28,700 nucleotides of DNA from an uncultured Eubacteriales bacterium (GTDB taxonomy: Bacteria; Bacillota; Clostridia; TANB77; RGIG9151): positions 1 to 28,700 of the forward strand of contig CAYYWT010000004.1 of assembly GCA_964475435.1 (NCBI GenBank). Reading direction: 5' to 3'. The position numbers and the translations under genes were made by a program. Below, piece by piece: positions 15,029 through 24,159 of this stretch (positions are counted from its first letter, which is position 1; every line of letters begins with the position of its first letter). The notes below the pieces were generated by a model that saw only the letters and a list, made by a program, of their open reading frames with translations, had not been told where the DNA came from and ran no database searches.

Positions 15029-16963
15029 ATGAATTTATTGATAGAGGGTATTTTTGAAGCTAACGAAAGAGGGTTTGGTTTTGTAATTCCCGATGATGAG
15101 AATGAAACTGATATTTTTGTAGCTCCTGCGGATATAAAAGGAGCTTTTGACGGAGATAGAGTTGAGGTAAGAGTTTTATCAATGGGAGATGAGAAACGTG
15201 GCCCTGAGGGGATTATAACTAAAATTATTGAAAGAAATCATAAAAAGATAATTGGAAAATTTGAGAAGAGTAAGAATTTTGCTTTTGTTGTTCCTAATAA
15301 TAAAAAAATAACTCAGGATATTTTTATTCCTAAAGCGTATTTTGGGGGAGCTAGAAATAATGAAATTGTTGCGGTTGAAATTATAAAATGGCCGGAGGGG
15401 AGAAGGACGGCTGAAGGAAAAGTTGTGAAAAGGCTTGGAAAACTCGGAAAGCCGGGAGTGGATGTCTTATCAATTATGTACGAGCATGATTTAACGGAGG
15501 ATTTTCCTGTTGAAGTATTGGAACAAGTTGAAAAAATACCGGATACTCTTAGTAAAAAAGATTACAAAGGGCGAAGAGATTTAAGAGATATAAGAATGGT
15601 AACTATTGATGGAGAGGACGCTAAAGATTTAGATGATGCGGTTTCTATCGAAAAATTACCCGGTGGGAATTTCTTATTGGGTGTTCATATTGCTGATGTT
15701 TCTCATTATGTAAAAGAAGGAAGTCCGTTGGATAAAGAAGCTTATGAACGTGGAACGAGTGTTTATTTAGTAGATAGAGTTATTCCTATGTTACCTCGAA
15801 AGCTTTCTAATGGATTATGCAGTCTTAATATGGGGGAAGATAGGCTAGCTTTTTCTGTTATGATGAAGATTGATAAGACGGGTAAAATTATAGATAGTGA
15901 AATATTTAAGAGCGTTATTAATGTAAATGAGAGAATGAATTATTCTGATGTAACGAAGATTTTAGAAAATACTGACGAAAAAGTTGTTGAGAGATATAGG
16001 GAGTTTGTACCGGATTTTAAACTTATGGAGAAGCTATCTAGTATTTTAAGGAAACGTAGAACTATGAGGGGAAGTGTTGATTTTGAAATCCCTGAGGCTA
16101 AAGTTATATTGAATAAAGAAGGAAAGCCGATAGAAATAAAAAAGTATGAATTAACTGTTTCTAATAATATAATAGAAGATTTTATGTTGGCTGCTAATGA
16201 AACTGTGGCTGAAAGGTTTTTCTGGCTTGAAGTTCCGTTTATGTATAGAGTTCATGACTTACCGGATACTGAAAAACTAGAGGAGTTTTCTAAGTTTATT
16301 TATAATTACGGCTATAAAATAAAGGGATTAACTCAACTTCAACCTATGGCTTTTCAACAATTATTAGAAGATGTAAAAGGTAAGCCTGAGGAGAGAATTA
16401 TTTCTACGTTAATGTTAAGATCTATGCAGCAAGCAAGATACAGTCCGACTAATACTGGACATTTTGGCTTAGCTGCTCAGTATTATTGCCATTTTACTTC
16501 GCCAATAAGACGTTATCCTGATTTATTTATTCATAGAGTTATGAGCGAATTAATTGAAAATGACTATAAATTTAGAAGTGATAAACACGAAAAGAAACTT
16601 AAGAAAATTGCGGTTGAAGGGTCTAAACATTCTTCAGATAAGGAAAGGGAAGCTCAACTTGCCGAAAGAGATTCTGTTGATCTAAAAAAAGCGGAATATA
16701 TGAAGGATTTCGTTGGTGAAACATTTACAGGCGTTATTTCTTCGGTTACTTCTTTTGGATTTTTTGTTGAACTTGATAATACGATAGAAGGACTTGTTAG
16801 AGTAGAAAATATTGAAGATGATTACTATGTATATAATGAAAAACAGTATTCTTTAATAGGAGACAGGAAACACAAGGTATATAAGCTAGGGGATATTGTT
16901 GAGGTTGTTTTAACAGGAGTAAATTTAGAAACAAGGAAAATTGATTTTGGTATAAAAATATGA
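15029..16963 (+). CDS. rnr: ribonuclease R
   Basis: N-terminal cold-shock-like GFGFV, RNB catalytic block TIDGEDAKDLDDAVS...HIADVSHYV and HFGLA..YCHFTSPIRRYPD, and a C-terminal S1 domain (GVISSVTSFGFFVEL). Confidence 0.95.
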   Translation: MNLLIEGIFEANERGFGFVIPDDENETDIFVAPADIKGAFDGDRVEVRVLSMGDEKRGPEGIITKIIERNHKKIIGKFEKSKNFAFVVPNNKKITQDIFIPKAYFGGARNNEIVAVEIIKWPEGRRTAEGKVVKRLGKLGKPGVDVLSIMYEHDLTEDFPVEVLEQVEKIPDTLSKKDYKGRRDLRDIRMVTIDGEDAKDLDDAVSIEKLPGGNFLLGVHIADVSHYVKEGSPLDKEAYERGTSVYLVDRVIPMLPRKLSNGLCSLNMGEDRLAFSVMMKIDKTGKIIDSEIFKSVINVNERMNYSDVTKILENTDEKVVERYREFVPDFKLMEKLSSILRKRRTMRGSVDFEIPEAKVILNKEGKPIEIKKYELTVSNNIIEDFMLAANETVAERFFWLEVPFMYRVHDLPDTEKLEEFSKFIYNYGYKIKGLTQLQPMAFQQLLEDVKGKPEERIISTLMLRSMQQARYSPTNTGHFGLAAQYYCHFTSPIRRYPDLFIHRVMSELIENDYKFRSDKHEKKLKKIAVEGSKHSSDKEREAQLAERDSVDLKKAEYMKDFVGETFTGVISSVTSFGFFVELDNTIEGLVRVENIEDDYYVYNEKQYSLIGDRKHKVYKLGDIVEVVLTGVNLETRKIDFGIKI

Positions 16964-17026
16964 AATTAAATTAGAAGTGACTGTAAAAAGTTTTCCTTAA
17001 TGTTATTGACCGAAGGTCAACATAGC

Positions 17027-17258
17027 GGGGCTGTAAAAAAACTCATAAAATTCATAACGTATTGTACTGTACCTCGCTCACCAAAAATATTTTTTGTGGG
17101 AAGTGTAGAGTTAATTTAAAGTACGGAACGGAGCTTACGCTCACATCCTGGGCAACTTTAAAATGTGTTCTACATAGAGGGACAAAAAAGCAATTTTTGT
17201 TTCGCTTGGTACAGTACAATACGTTATTTAAATAATAAACAAGTTTTTTACAGCCCCC
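17027..17258 (+). ncRNA. copy 3 of the structured intergenic repeat (inverted relative to copies 1 and 2)
   Basis: P1 17027-17042 / 17243-17257 followed by T7 (17259-17265). P2 17056-17073 / 17208-17225 (perfect 18 bp). Invariant core 17123-17154. Lies 63 nt downstream of rnr on the same strand. Confidence 0.6.
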
Positions 17259-17273
17259 TTTTTTTAAAACTAA

Positions 17274-17302
17274 TTGAATTTATTGACTAGAACATATATA
17301 AT
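17274..17302 (+). promoter_or_regulatory. promoter candidate for radC-mreBCD
   Basis: TTGAAT (17274-17279), 17-nt spacer, TATAAT (17297-17302). Confidence 0.5.
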
Positions 17303-17351
17303 ACTTAGAGAAATATTTTTAGCTAAGGACCGGTTAGCAGATGGAGGGAAA

Positions 17352-18041
17352 ATGAGTTCGTTAATTATGAAGGAAAAACCGGTTTCTGAGCGACCATATG
17401 AAAAATTAGAGACTAACGGAGCTAAAAGCTTAACTAATGCGGAGCTTTTGGCGATTGTATTAAAAACCGGTACGAAAGATGAGACGGCGTTAGATATTGC
17501 TGAAAGATTACTTGTTGAATGTATTGGAGAAGATGCGGGATTTACTTTGGCTAATGTATCGCTTGAAGAATTAAAGACTATAAAAGGTATTGGACGTGTT
17601 AAAGCGATTACTTTAAAAGCTGTGTTTGAGTTGGCGTGTAGATTTAATGCTAATGAAAATGATAAAATGTTTTTGGGAGCTACTTCATTACTTGCAGGAT
17701 TTATTATGAGTAAGTTGGCTAATGAAAAACAGGAAAAATTTATGGTAATTGGTTTGGATACGAAATGTAGATTGGTTAGAAGTGATATTATTGCTATTGG
17801 TAATTTAAATCTTATTAATTTAAGTGCAAGAGAGGTATTTAGAATGCCGATTGAGTGTGGGTGTAAGTATTTAGCGCTTGCTCATAATCATCCAAGCGGT
17901 GATCCTACGCCGAGTAAAGAGGATATTGAGTCTACGCTTAAGTTAATCGAGATGAGTAGATGGCTTGAAATTACGCTTATAGATCATATTGTTGTAGGAA
18001 ATGGAAATTATATTAGTTTTAAGAAAAATAAATTGTTTTAA
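17352..18041 (+). CDS. radC: RadC-like JAB domain protein (UPF0758)
   Basis: ERPYEKL, helix-hairpin-helix segment [15 protein letters not shown] motif [16 protein letters not shown]. The ATG at 17352 follows GGAGGG. Position upstream of mreB is conserved. Confidence 0.9.
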   Translation: MSSLIMKEKPVSERPYEKLETNGAKSLTNAELLAIVLKTGTKDETALDIAERLLVECIGEDAGFTLANVSLEELKTIKGIGRVKAITLKAVFELACRFNANENDKMFLGATSLLAGFIMSKLANEKQEKFMVIGLDTKCRLVRSDIIAIGNLNLINLSAREVFRMPIECGCKYLALAHNHPSGDPTPSKEDIESTLKLIEMSRWLEITLIDHIVVGNGNYISFKKNKLF

Positions 18042-18064
18042 CAAAATGGCTAAGGAGGACTATT

Positions 18065-19087
18065 ATGGGAGTTTGGGTTAAAGATATTGGTATAGATTTG
18101 GGAACTGCTAATACGCTTATTAAAATTGCGGGAGAAGACGGAATTACGTTGCGCGAACCGTCTGTTGTTGCTGTTAATAAAAAAATAAAGCATGTACTTG
18201 CAGTAGGAAATGAAGCTAAAGATATGATAGGAAGAACTCCCGGAGCTATTATTGCTATAAGTCCGGTTAAGAACGGAGTTATTGCCGATTTTGAAGTTAC
18301 TCAAGCTATGCTTAAGTATTTTATAAAAAAGGCTTGTAAGGATGGATTTTTTGGTAAACCTAGAGTTGTTATTTGTGTTCCTTCCGGAGTTACTGAAGTA
18401 GAGGAACGTGCTGTAAAGGAGGCTGCGCTCCAAGCCGGGGCGAGAGAGGCTTTCTTGCTTGAAGAACCTATGGCTGCGGCGATTGGTGCCGGATTACCTA
18501 TTGAAGATGCGTCCGGTAGTATGATTGTTGATATTGGCGGTGGAACTAGTGAGGTTGCTGTTATTTCTTTAGGCGGTATAGTTGTTTCTAAATCTGTAAG
18601 AGTTGCCGGTGAAAAAATTGATGATTCTATTATAAGTTATATTAAAAAAGAGCATAATTTAATGGTAGGAGAAAGAACTGCGGAAGAAATAAAACTGGCT
18701 ATTGGTAGTGCTTTTCCTATTGACGAGGAAGAAAAAATGGATATAAGGGGTAGAGATTTAGTTACAGGGTTACCCCAAAATATAGAGATTAATTCTACGG
18801 AGATTTTAGAAGCAATGAGTGAGCCTATGGCGACTATTGTAGATGCTATAAAGTATACTTTGGAAAAAACTCCGCCGGAGCTTGCTGCTGATATTATGAA
18901 TAGAGGAATATATCTAGCCGGTGGAGGAGCTTTAATTCGTGGACTTGATAAATTGATTACAAAGGAAACCGGTATGCCGGTAAGAATTGCGGATAATCCG
19001 TTGGATTGTGTTGTAAATGGTGCCGGAAATGTTGTTGAAAATCTTGATGTCTTGAAGGAAGTTTTAGTAAGTAGAAGAATGAGATAA
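18065..19087 (+). CDS. mreB: rod shape-determining protein MreB
   Basis: [11 protein letters not shown], actin-fold phosphate and adenosine motifs ([34 protein letters not shown]). Confidence 0.96.
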   Translation: MGVWVKDIGIDLGTANTLIKIAGEDGITLREPSVVAVNKKIKHVLAVGNEAKDMIGRTPGAIIAISPVKNGVIADFEVTQAMLKYFIKKACKDGFFGKPRVVICVPSGVTEVEERAVKEAALQAGAREAFLLEEPMAAAIGAGLPIEDASGSMIVDIGGGTSEVAVISLGGIVVSKSVRVAGEKIDDSIISYIKKEHNLMVGERTAEEIKLAIGSAFPIDEEEKMDIRGRDLVTGLPQNIEINSTEILEAMSEPMATIVDAIKYTLEKTPPELAADIMNRGIYLAGGGALIRGLDKLITKETGMPVRIADNPLDCVVNGAGNVVENLDVLKEVLVSRRMR

Positions 19088-19112
19088 TTTATTTAATATA
19101 GGGGGAATGGTA

Positions 19113-19952
19113 ATGAAAGTTAAGATAAATATTAGTAAAAGACTTGTAGTTATAGTTGTTACTGCTATTTTAATTCTTACGATTTCACTTACTGTTCAAC
19201 CTAAAGAAAATCCGAATTTTTTTGAAAGATGTGTGAATGCTGTGTTTTTGCCTATTCAAAAGGTTGTAAAGTGGCCGATTGATAAAGTTGAAAATTCAAT
19301 TGAATTTTTTGTGGAAATGAAGAATTTAGCTGATGAAAATGAAAAACTTTGTAGTGAAAATGCGGAGCTTAGAGAGAAGGTACGTCAACTTGAAATTGAT
19401 GGTATCGAAAATGAACAGTTAAGAAATATGTTAAATCTTACGAAAAAATATGAAACATCGAATGCAGTGGTAGCTGAGATTATTTCTGTTGATTCTTCTA
19501 TGTGGTTTGATGTCTTTACTATTAATAAGGGAGAAAAAGACGGAATAAAAAATAATATGACTGTTTTAACGACGGATGGCTTGGTTGGTAAGGTGACACA
19601 AACTTTTAGTTCGACTGCTCAAGTAACGTCTATATTGGATGTAAATAATGCGGTTAGTGCGAGACTTACGAAAACGGGAGATTTGATTACTACCGAGGGT
19701 GATATGAATTTAGTTGATAAAGGTTTATTAAAGTTAAAATATGTCACTTCTGATGTTAATTTAGCAGAAGGCGATGTTGTTGAAACTTCCGGAATAGGTG
19801 GAATTTATCCGAGAGGAATTTTTATCGGGACGATAAGTAAAGTGGAACAAGATAGTAAGTTAATGAAGACATATGCTGTATTAGAGCCTGGTGTTGATTT
19901 TAATAAGCTTAGTGAAGTTTTGGTTATAAGTGGTAATACGGAAGGAGAATAG
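19113..19952 (+). CDS. mreC: rod shape-determining protein MreC
   Basis: N-terminal TM helix, coiled coil (ENEKLCSENAELREKVRQLE), C-terminal beta domains (GLVGKVTQ, TSGIGGIYPRGIFIG). The ATG at 19113 has better RBS spacing than 19107. Confidence 0.9.
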   Translation: MKVKINISKRLVVIVVTAILILTISLTVQPKENPNFFERCVNAVFLPIQKVVKWPIDKVENSIEFFVEMKNLADENEKLCSENAELREKVRQLEIDGIENEQLRNMLNLTKKYETSNAVVAEIISVDSSMWFDVFTINKGEKDGIKNNMTVLTTDGLVGKVTQTFSSTAQVTSILDVNNAVSARLTKTGDLITTEGDMNLVDKGLLKLKYVTSDVNLAEGDVVETSGIGGIYPRGIFIGTISKVEQDSKLMKTYAVLEPGVDFNKLSEVLVISGNTEGE

Positions 19953-19956
19953 AAGG

Positions 19957-20466
19957 TTGAAAGGTATTAAGCTTTTCTTTATTGTGGTAGGAGTATACCT
20001 TTTACAAACAGTATTAATTCAAAAGTTTAGTTTTTGGGGTATTTCGCCTAATTTATTTCTTGTAGTTACATGTGGAATTTCGTTTTTATTCGGAAGTACT
20101 ACCGGAGGAGTGTGCGGACTTATATTCGGTTTGTTGCAAGATATGAATATGGGGCGAGCAATAGGATTAAACGGTTTTTTGTTTATGCATATCGGGATTA
20201 TTATGGGACAATTTAATAAACGCTTTTTTAAGGATAATTATTTTGTTGCTTTAATTTTTATTATACTTTCAACTATGGCATATGAGTTGGTTGTATATAT
20301 TTTCGGAGCGTTTATATATACCCAGGAATTTGTGTTTAGTAGGTTTATTGTTAAGATTTTAATAAAATCCTTCCTAAATGCGATAACCGGTATAATTGTT
20401 TATCCTGTATTGTTAAAAATAAACATTGGCGTTGAAGTTGATAGAAGAATTTTTGGCGGAAGGTAG
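19957..20466 (+). CDS. mreD: rod shape-determining protein MreD
   Basis: Small polytopic membrane protein directly after mreC. The TTG at 19957 is preceded by GGAAGGAG. An in-frame GTG at 19930 (ORF track) is the alternative start. Confidence 0.8.
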   Translation: MKGIKLFFIVVGVYLLQTVLIQKFSFWGISPNLFLVVTCGISFLFGSTTGGVCGLIFGLLQDMNMGRAIGLNGFLFMHIGIIMGQFNKRFFKDNYFVALIFIILSTMAYELVVYIFGAFIYTQEFVFSRFIVKILIKSFLNAITGIIVYPVLLKINIGVEVDRRIFGGR

Positions 20467-20498
20467 TTTATAAAAACAAAGAATAGTGGTGAGAAGTT

Positions 20499-22610
20499 GT
20501 GTTAAATAATAATAACAATAGTGATACAAGAATTTTTATATTGAATTTGCTTATGGTTATAGGTGGCATAATTTTGATTGCACAGCTTTTTAATCTTCAA
20601 GTACTTCAAGGTGAAAATTATAGAGCTCAGTCGGAGAAAAGAGTTTTAAGACAGACTACAGTATCCGCACCTAGAGGAGAGATGCTAGATCGTCATGGGT
20701 CTATTCTTGCAACGAATAGAGACGGTTACAATGTTTTATTATACAGACAGACTATGACTACAAAAGAAAGAAATGATTTTATATTAAAACTTGCTAATCT
20801 ATTTCATAATAAAAATGTTGTATATAGGGATACTTTCCCTGTTTCTAAAGGAGAAAATTTAGTTTTTGAATTTGATAGTGAAAATGAAGAAAAAAAGTGG
20901 AAAAAAACTAATAAGTTTGACGAAAATGCTACTTGTGAAGAAGTTATTGAAAGTTACATAAAGAAGTATAAACTTGAAGAGTATTCATTAGAGGAAAGTA
21001 GATTAATTATAGGAATAAGGTATGAATTAGATAAAGTAGGGTATAGTTCGTTAAAACCGTATGAACTTGCGACTGATGTAAGTATGGAAGTGGTTGCTGA
21101 GTTAGAGGAAAGAAAAAGTGAATTTCCGGGTTTAAGCGTGGAAATTCAGCCGATAAGAGTATATCCTAATAATAATTTGGCTAGTCATATTTTAGGTTAC
21201 ATAGGAAAAATAAGTCAGGAAAAATACGAAGAATTAAAAGACGAAGGATATTCAAATGACGATAATATAGGTAAAGATGGTATAGAGAGCCTTATGGAGA
21301 GGTTTTTAAGAGGTAAAAATTCGCTCCAAAAGGTTGAAATAAATGCAAGTGGTAATTATACAAATACTGAAAGTATAGACGGACAAGCGGGAGCTCAGGT
21401 ATATTTAACGATAGATTCAAAGCTCCAAAAGGTGGCGGAAGAGGCTTTAGAGAATACGATTTATAATATAGCTAATGGTAAGTATAAGGATGGTTCAAGT
21501 GAAGCAGAGTCCGGTGCAGTTGTAGCGATAGATGTAAAAACGGGCGAAATTTTGGCTATGGCTAGTTTTCCTGATTATGATCCGAATTTATTTGTAAAGG
21601 GAATTTCGAATGAAAATTGGAAAAAATTAAACACAAGTACTAAGCCGATGTTTAATCGCTGTATAATGGGATTATATTCACCGGGTTCTATATTTAAAAT
21701 GGTGGTTGCTGTTGCGGCTTTAGAAGAAGGAGCCATAAGTCCGGATACGACTTATTTAGATGAAGGAGTATATACTAAGTATAAATCCCCTCAGCCGAAA
21801 TGTTGGATTTGGAGTTCATCGGGAAGAACTCACGGGGAAGTTAATGTGTCTGATGCCATAAAGACTTCGTGTAATTATTTTTTCTATAAAGTAAGTGAAT
21901 TAATAGGGATAGATACCATAGAACAATATACAAAAGCTTTCGGCCTCGGCTCAAAAACAGGAATAGAGCTACCGGGAGAAAAAGAAGGAATTGTTGCCGG
22001 AAGAACATATAAAGAAGGTAAATTAAATCAAGAGTGGCTTGTAGGAGAGACTTTAAGTGCTGCGATTGGTCAGTCTTATCATTCTTTTACTCCGATTCAG
22101 ATTGCTAAATATGCTGCTATTTTAGCTAATGGAGGTAAAAAAATTACGCCTCATATAATAAAAGATGTAATAACGTCTGACGGAAGGAGTTTATCTAGAG
22201 AAGAAATTCAAACTTATGTATCTAATGAAATTAATTTTGATTATGGTAATGAAGGTGGAAATTTAGATATAAGTAAAGAAACTTTAGAGGCTGTTTTTAA
22301 TGGAATGGAATCCGTTACGGGAGATGCCGGCGGTACTGCTTACAGTACTTTTAAAGATTTTCCGATAAAAGTTGCCGGTAAAACGGGTTCGGTACAAGTA
22401 AGCGGAAGTAAAGCTGATAATGCTTGGTTTATAGGGTTTGCTCCGTTTGATGATCCGGAAATTGCGATTTGTGCTTTGGTTGAACATGGGGTTCACGGTA
22501 CATATACTGCGCCTATTATAGTTGCTATTTTAGAAGAATATTTTGGGTTAAAAGAAGAAATCGGAAATATAGATATTAATGCTCCGATAAATGATAATAG
22601 TATGATGTAG
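20499..22610 (+). CDS. mrdA: penicillin-binding protein 2 (elongation transpeptidase)
   Basis: TM anchor, PBP dimerisation region, transpeptidase motifs SPGSIFK (SxxK), SCN (SxN) and KTGS (KTG). Position after mreD. Confidence 0.92.
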   Translation: MLNNNNNSDTRIFILNLLMVIGGIILIAQLFNLQVLQGENYRAQSEKRVLRQTTVSAPRGEMLDRHGSILATNRDGYNVLLYRQTMTTKERNDFILKLANLFHNKNVVYRDTFPVSKGENLVFEFDSENEEKKWKKTNKFDENATCEEVIESYIKKYKLEEYSLEESRLIIGIRYELDKVGYSSLKPYELATDVSMEVVAELEERKSEFPGLSVEIQPIRVYPNNNLASHILGYIGKISQEKYEELKDEGYSNDDNIGKDGIESLMERFLRGKNSLQKVEINASGNYTNTESIDGQAGAQVYLTIDSKLQKVAEEALENTIYNIANGKYKDGSSEAESGAVVAIDVKTGEILAMASFPDYDPNLFVKGISNENWKKLNTSTKPMFNRCIMGLYSPGSIFKMVVAVAALEEGAISPDTTYLDEGVYTKYKSPQPKCWIWSSSGRTHGEVNVSDAIKTSCNYFFYKVSELIGIDTIEQYTKAFGLGSKTGIELPGEKEGIVAGRTYKEGKLNQEWLVGETLSAAIGQSYHSFTPIQIAKYAAILANGGKKITPHIIKDVITSDGRSLSREEIQTYVSNEINFDYGNEGGNLDISKETLEAVFNGMESVTGDAGGTAYSTFKDFPIKVAGKTGSVQVSGSKADNAWFIGFAPFDDPEIAICALVEHGVHGTYTAPIIVAILEEYFGLKEEIGNIDINAPINDNSMM

Positions 22611-22624
22611 GGAGATGTTTACAA

Positions 22625-23224
22625 ATGACAGAAGCGGTTACGTTTAAGATGTCTAAAAATGGACTTAGCGTTATCCTTGATGAAAGTATGGATTTTTTAA
22701 CAGTGAAGAAACTGTTAAAGAAAAAATTGATTGAATCGGCAGAGTTTTTTAACGGGCCTAAATTGAAGACAGTAGTTAAGGGAAAAGAACTTAGTACAGA
22801 AGAATTTGAAGAAATAAAAGAGCTTATTTTTGAAAAAACAGGCTTTGATGATGTTACAGAGGATATTGTAACTTTTGACTGGAGCAAAAATACAGTTGAA
22901 GGTAACACTAAATTTTATCGTGGAACTATGCGTTGCGGTAATTCTATATGTTTTAAGGGAAATGTTGTTGTTATGGGAGACGTTAATCCCGGAGCTGAAA
23001 TTATTGCGACAGGTAATGTTTTGGTTACAGGTATGATAAAAGGTACTGTTCACGCGGGAGCAAAGGGGAATAGAAATGCAATTGTGTCTGCCCAGGGGAT
23101 ATATCCTACTCAGCTTAGAATTGCTGATTTGATAACTGTTTCGCCTAAAGAAAAGGCTCAGAAACTTAACCACTTTGAAACAGCGTATATAAGAGATAAT
23201 AATATATATATATCGGAGGAATAA
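22625..23224 (+). CDS. minC: septum site-determining protein MinC
   Basis: C-terminal beta-helix repeats GNVVVMGDVNPGAEIIATGNVLVTGMIKGTVHAG and IYPTQLRIADL. Confidence 0.9.
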   Translation: MTEAVTFKMSKNGLSVILDESMDFLTVKKLLKKKLIESAEFFNGPKLKTVVKGKELSTEEFEEIKELIFEKTGFDDVTEDIVTFDWSKNTVEGNTKFYRGTMRCGNSICFKGNVVVMGDVNPGAEIIATGNVLVTGMIKGTVHAGAKGNRNAIVSAQGIYPTQLRIADLITVSPKEKAQKLNHFETAYIRDNNIYISEE

Positions 23225-23226
23225 TG

Positions 23227-24135
23227 ATGAGAGTTATTTTTATGGGAACACCGGATTTCGCGGTGCCAACACTTGAGAAGATAATAGAAGAAGGACATGA
23301 TGTGGTGGCGGTTGTTACTCAACCGGATAAACCTAAAAACAGAGGTATGCAAATGCAGGAATCACCGGTAAAAGAGGTGGCTAAAAAACATAATATTTTG
23401 GTTCTTCAACCTGAAAAAGTAAGAAAAGACAAAGAATTTTTAGAAAAAATAACAGCATTAAATGCTGATGTTTCAGTAGTGGTGGCTTTTGGCCAAATTT
23501 TACCTAAAGAAGTTTTAGAGACTCCAAAATATGGCTCTGTTAATGTTCATGGTTCTATTTTGCCTAAGTATAGGGGGGCTGCTCCTATACAATGGTCTGT
23601 AATAAACGGTGAAAATGTAACCGGAATTACGACTATGTATATGGATGAAGGACTCGATACCGGGGATATGATTTTTAAGGAAGAAACAAAAATTGGCGAA
23701 GAGGAAACCGCCGGAGAGTTATATGAAAGACTTAAAGTTATCGGTGCAAATTTACTTATAAAAACGCTTAATGCGATTGAGAAAGGAGAAGCTCCGCGTG
23801 AAAAACAAACAGGCGAGTCTTCTTATGCTCCTATGCTTACAAAAGAAACGGGAGTTATAGACTGGCAAAAATCGTCTAAAGAAATTGATGCTTTAGTTCG
23901 AGGAGTAAATCCTTGGCCGGTTGCATCTACTGAAATTGGTGGGAAAAAGTTTAAGGTATATAGTGTTAGAGTTTCGAATGAAAATGGTAACCCGGGCGAG
24001 ATAATTTTTGCAGATGCTAAAAATGGGCTTGTGATTGGTACTAAAGATGGTGCTATTGAATTAATTGAAATTCAACCGGAAAATAAGAAAAAAATGTCTG
24101 CAAAGGACTACTTAAGAGGTAATTCTTTATTGTAA
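23227..24135 (+). CDS. fmt: methionyl-tRNA formyltransferase
   Basis: MRVIFMGTPDFAVP, NVHGSILPKYRGAAPIQ (SLLP-type motif), C-terminal Formyl_trans_C region. An ATG at 23224, overlapping the minC stop by 1 nt, is an alternative start. Confidence 0.95.
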   Translation: MRVIFMGTPDFAVPTLEKIIEEGHDVVAVVTQPDKPKNRGMQMQESPVKEVAKKHNILVLQPEKVRKDKEFLEKITALNADVSVVVAFGQILPKEVLETPKYGSVNVHGSILPKYRGAAPIQWSVINGENVTGITTMYMDEGLDTGDMIFKEETKIGEEETAGELYERLKVIGANLLIKTLNAIEKGEAPREKQTGESSYAPMLTKETGVIDWQKSSKEIDALVRGVNPWPVASTEIGGKKFKVYSVRVSNENGNPGEIIFADAKNGLVIGTKDGAIELIEIQPENKKKMSAKDYLRGNSLL

Positions 24136-24159
24136 AAAGTTTTTTGGGAGGAAAATTTT

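Noticed and set aside
16981-16990. CTGTAAAAAG just after rnr as a solo end or remnant of the repeat element
   Set aside because: Only about 10 nt match the element terminus, and this is an A-rich low-complexity string expected by chance.
17027-17258. tmRNA (ssrA) downstream of rnr, suggested by the GGGGCTG 5' end
   Set aside because: There is no tRNA-like acceptor/T-arm and no tag reading frame. It is about 230 nt rather than about 350 nt, and the same sequence occurs three times.
12173-17258. CRISPR array or tandem repeat interpretation of the three repeats
   Set aside because: The units are about 230 nt with irregular 1.3-kb and 3.1-kb spacing, contain whole genes between them, and one copy is inverted. 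No cas genes are present.
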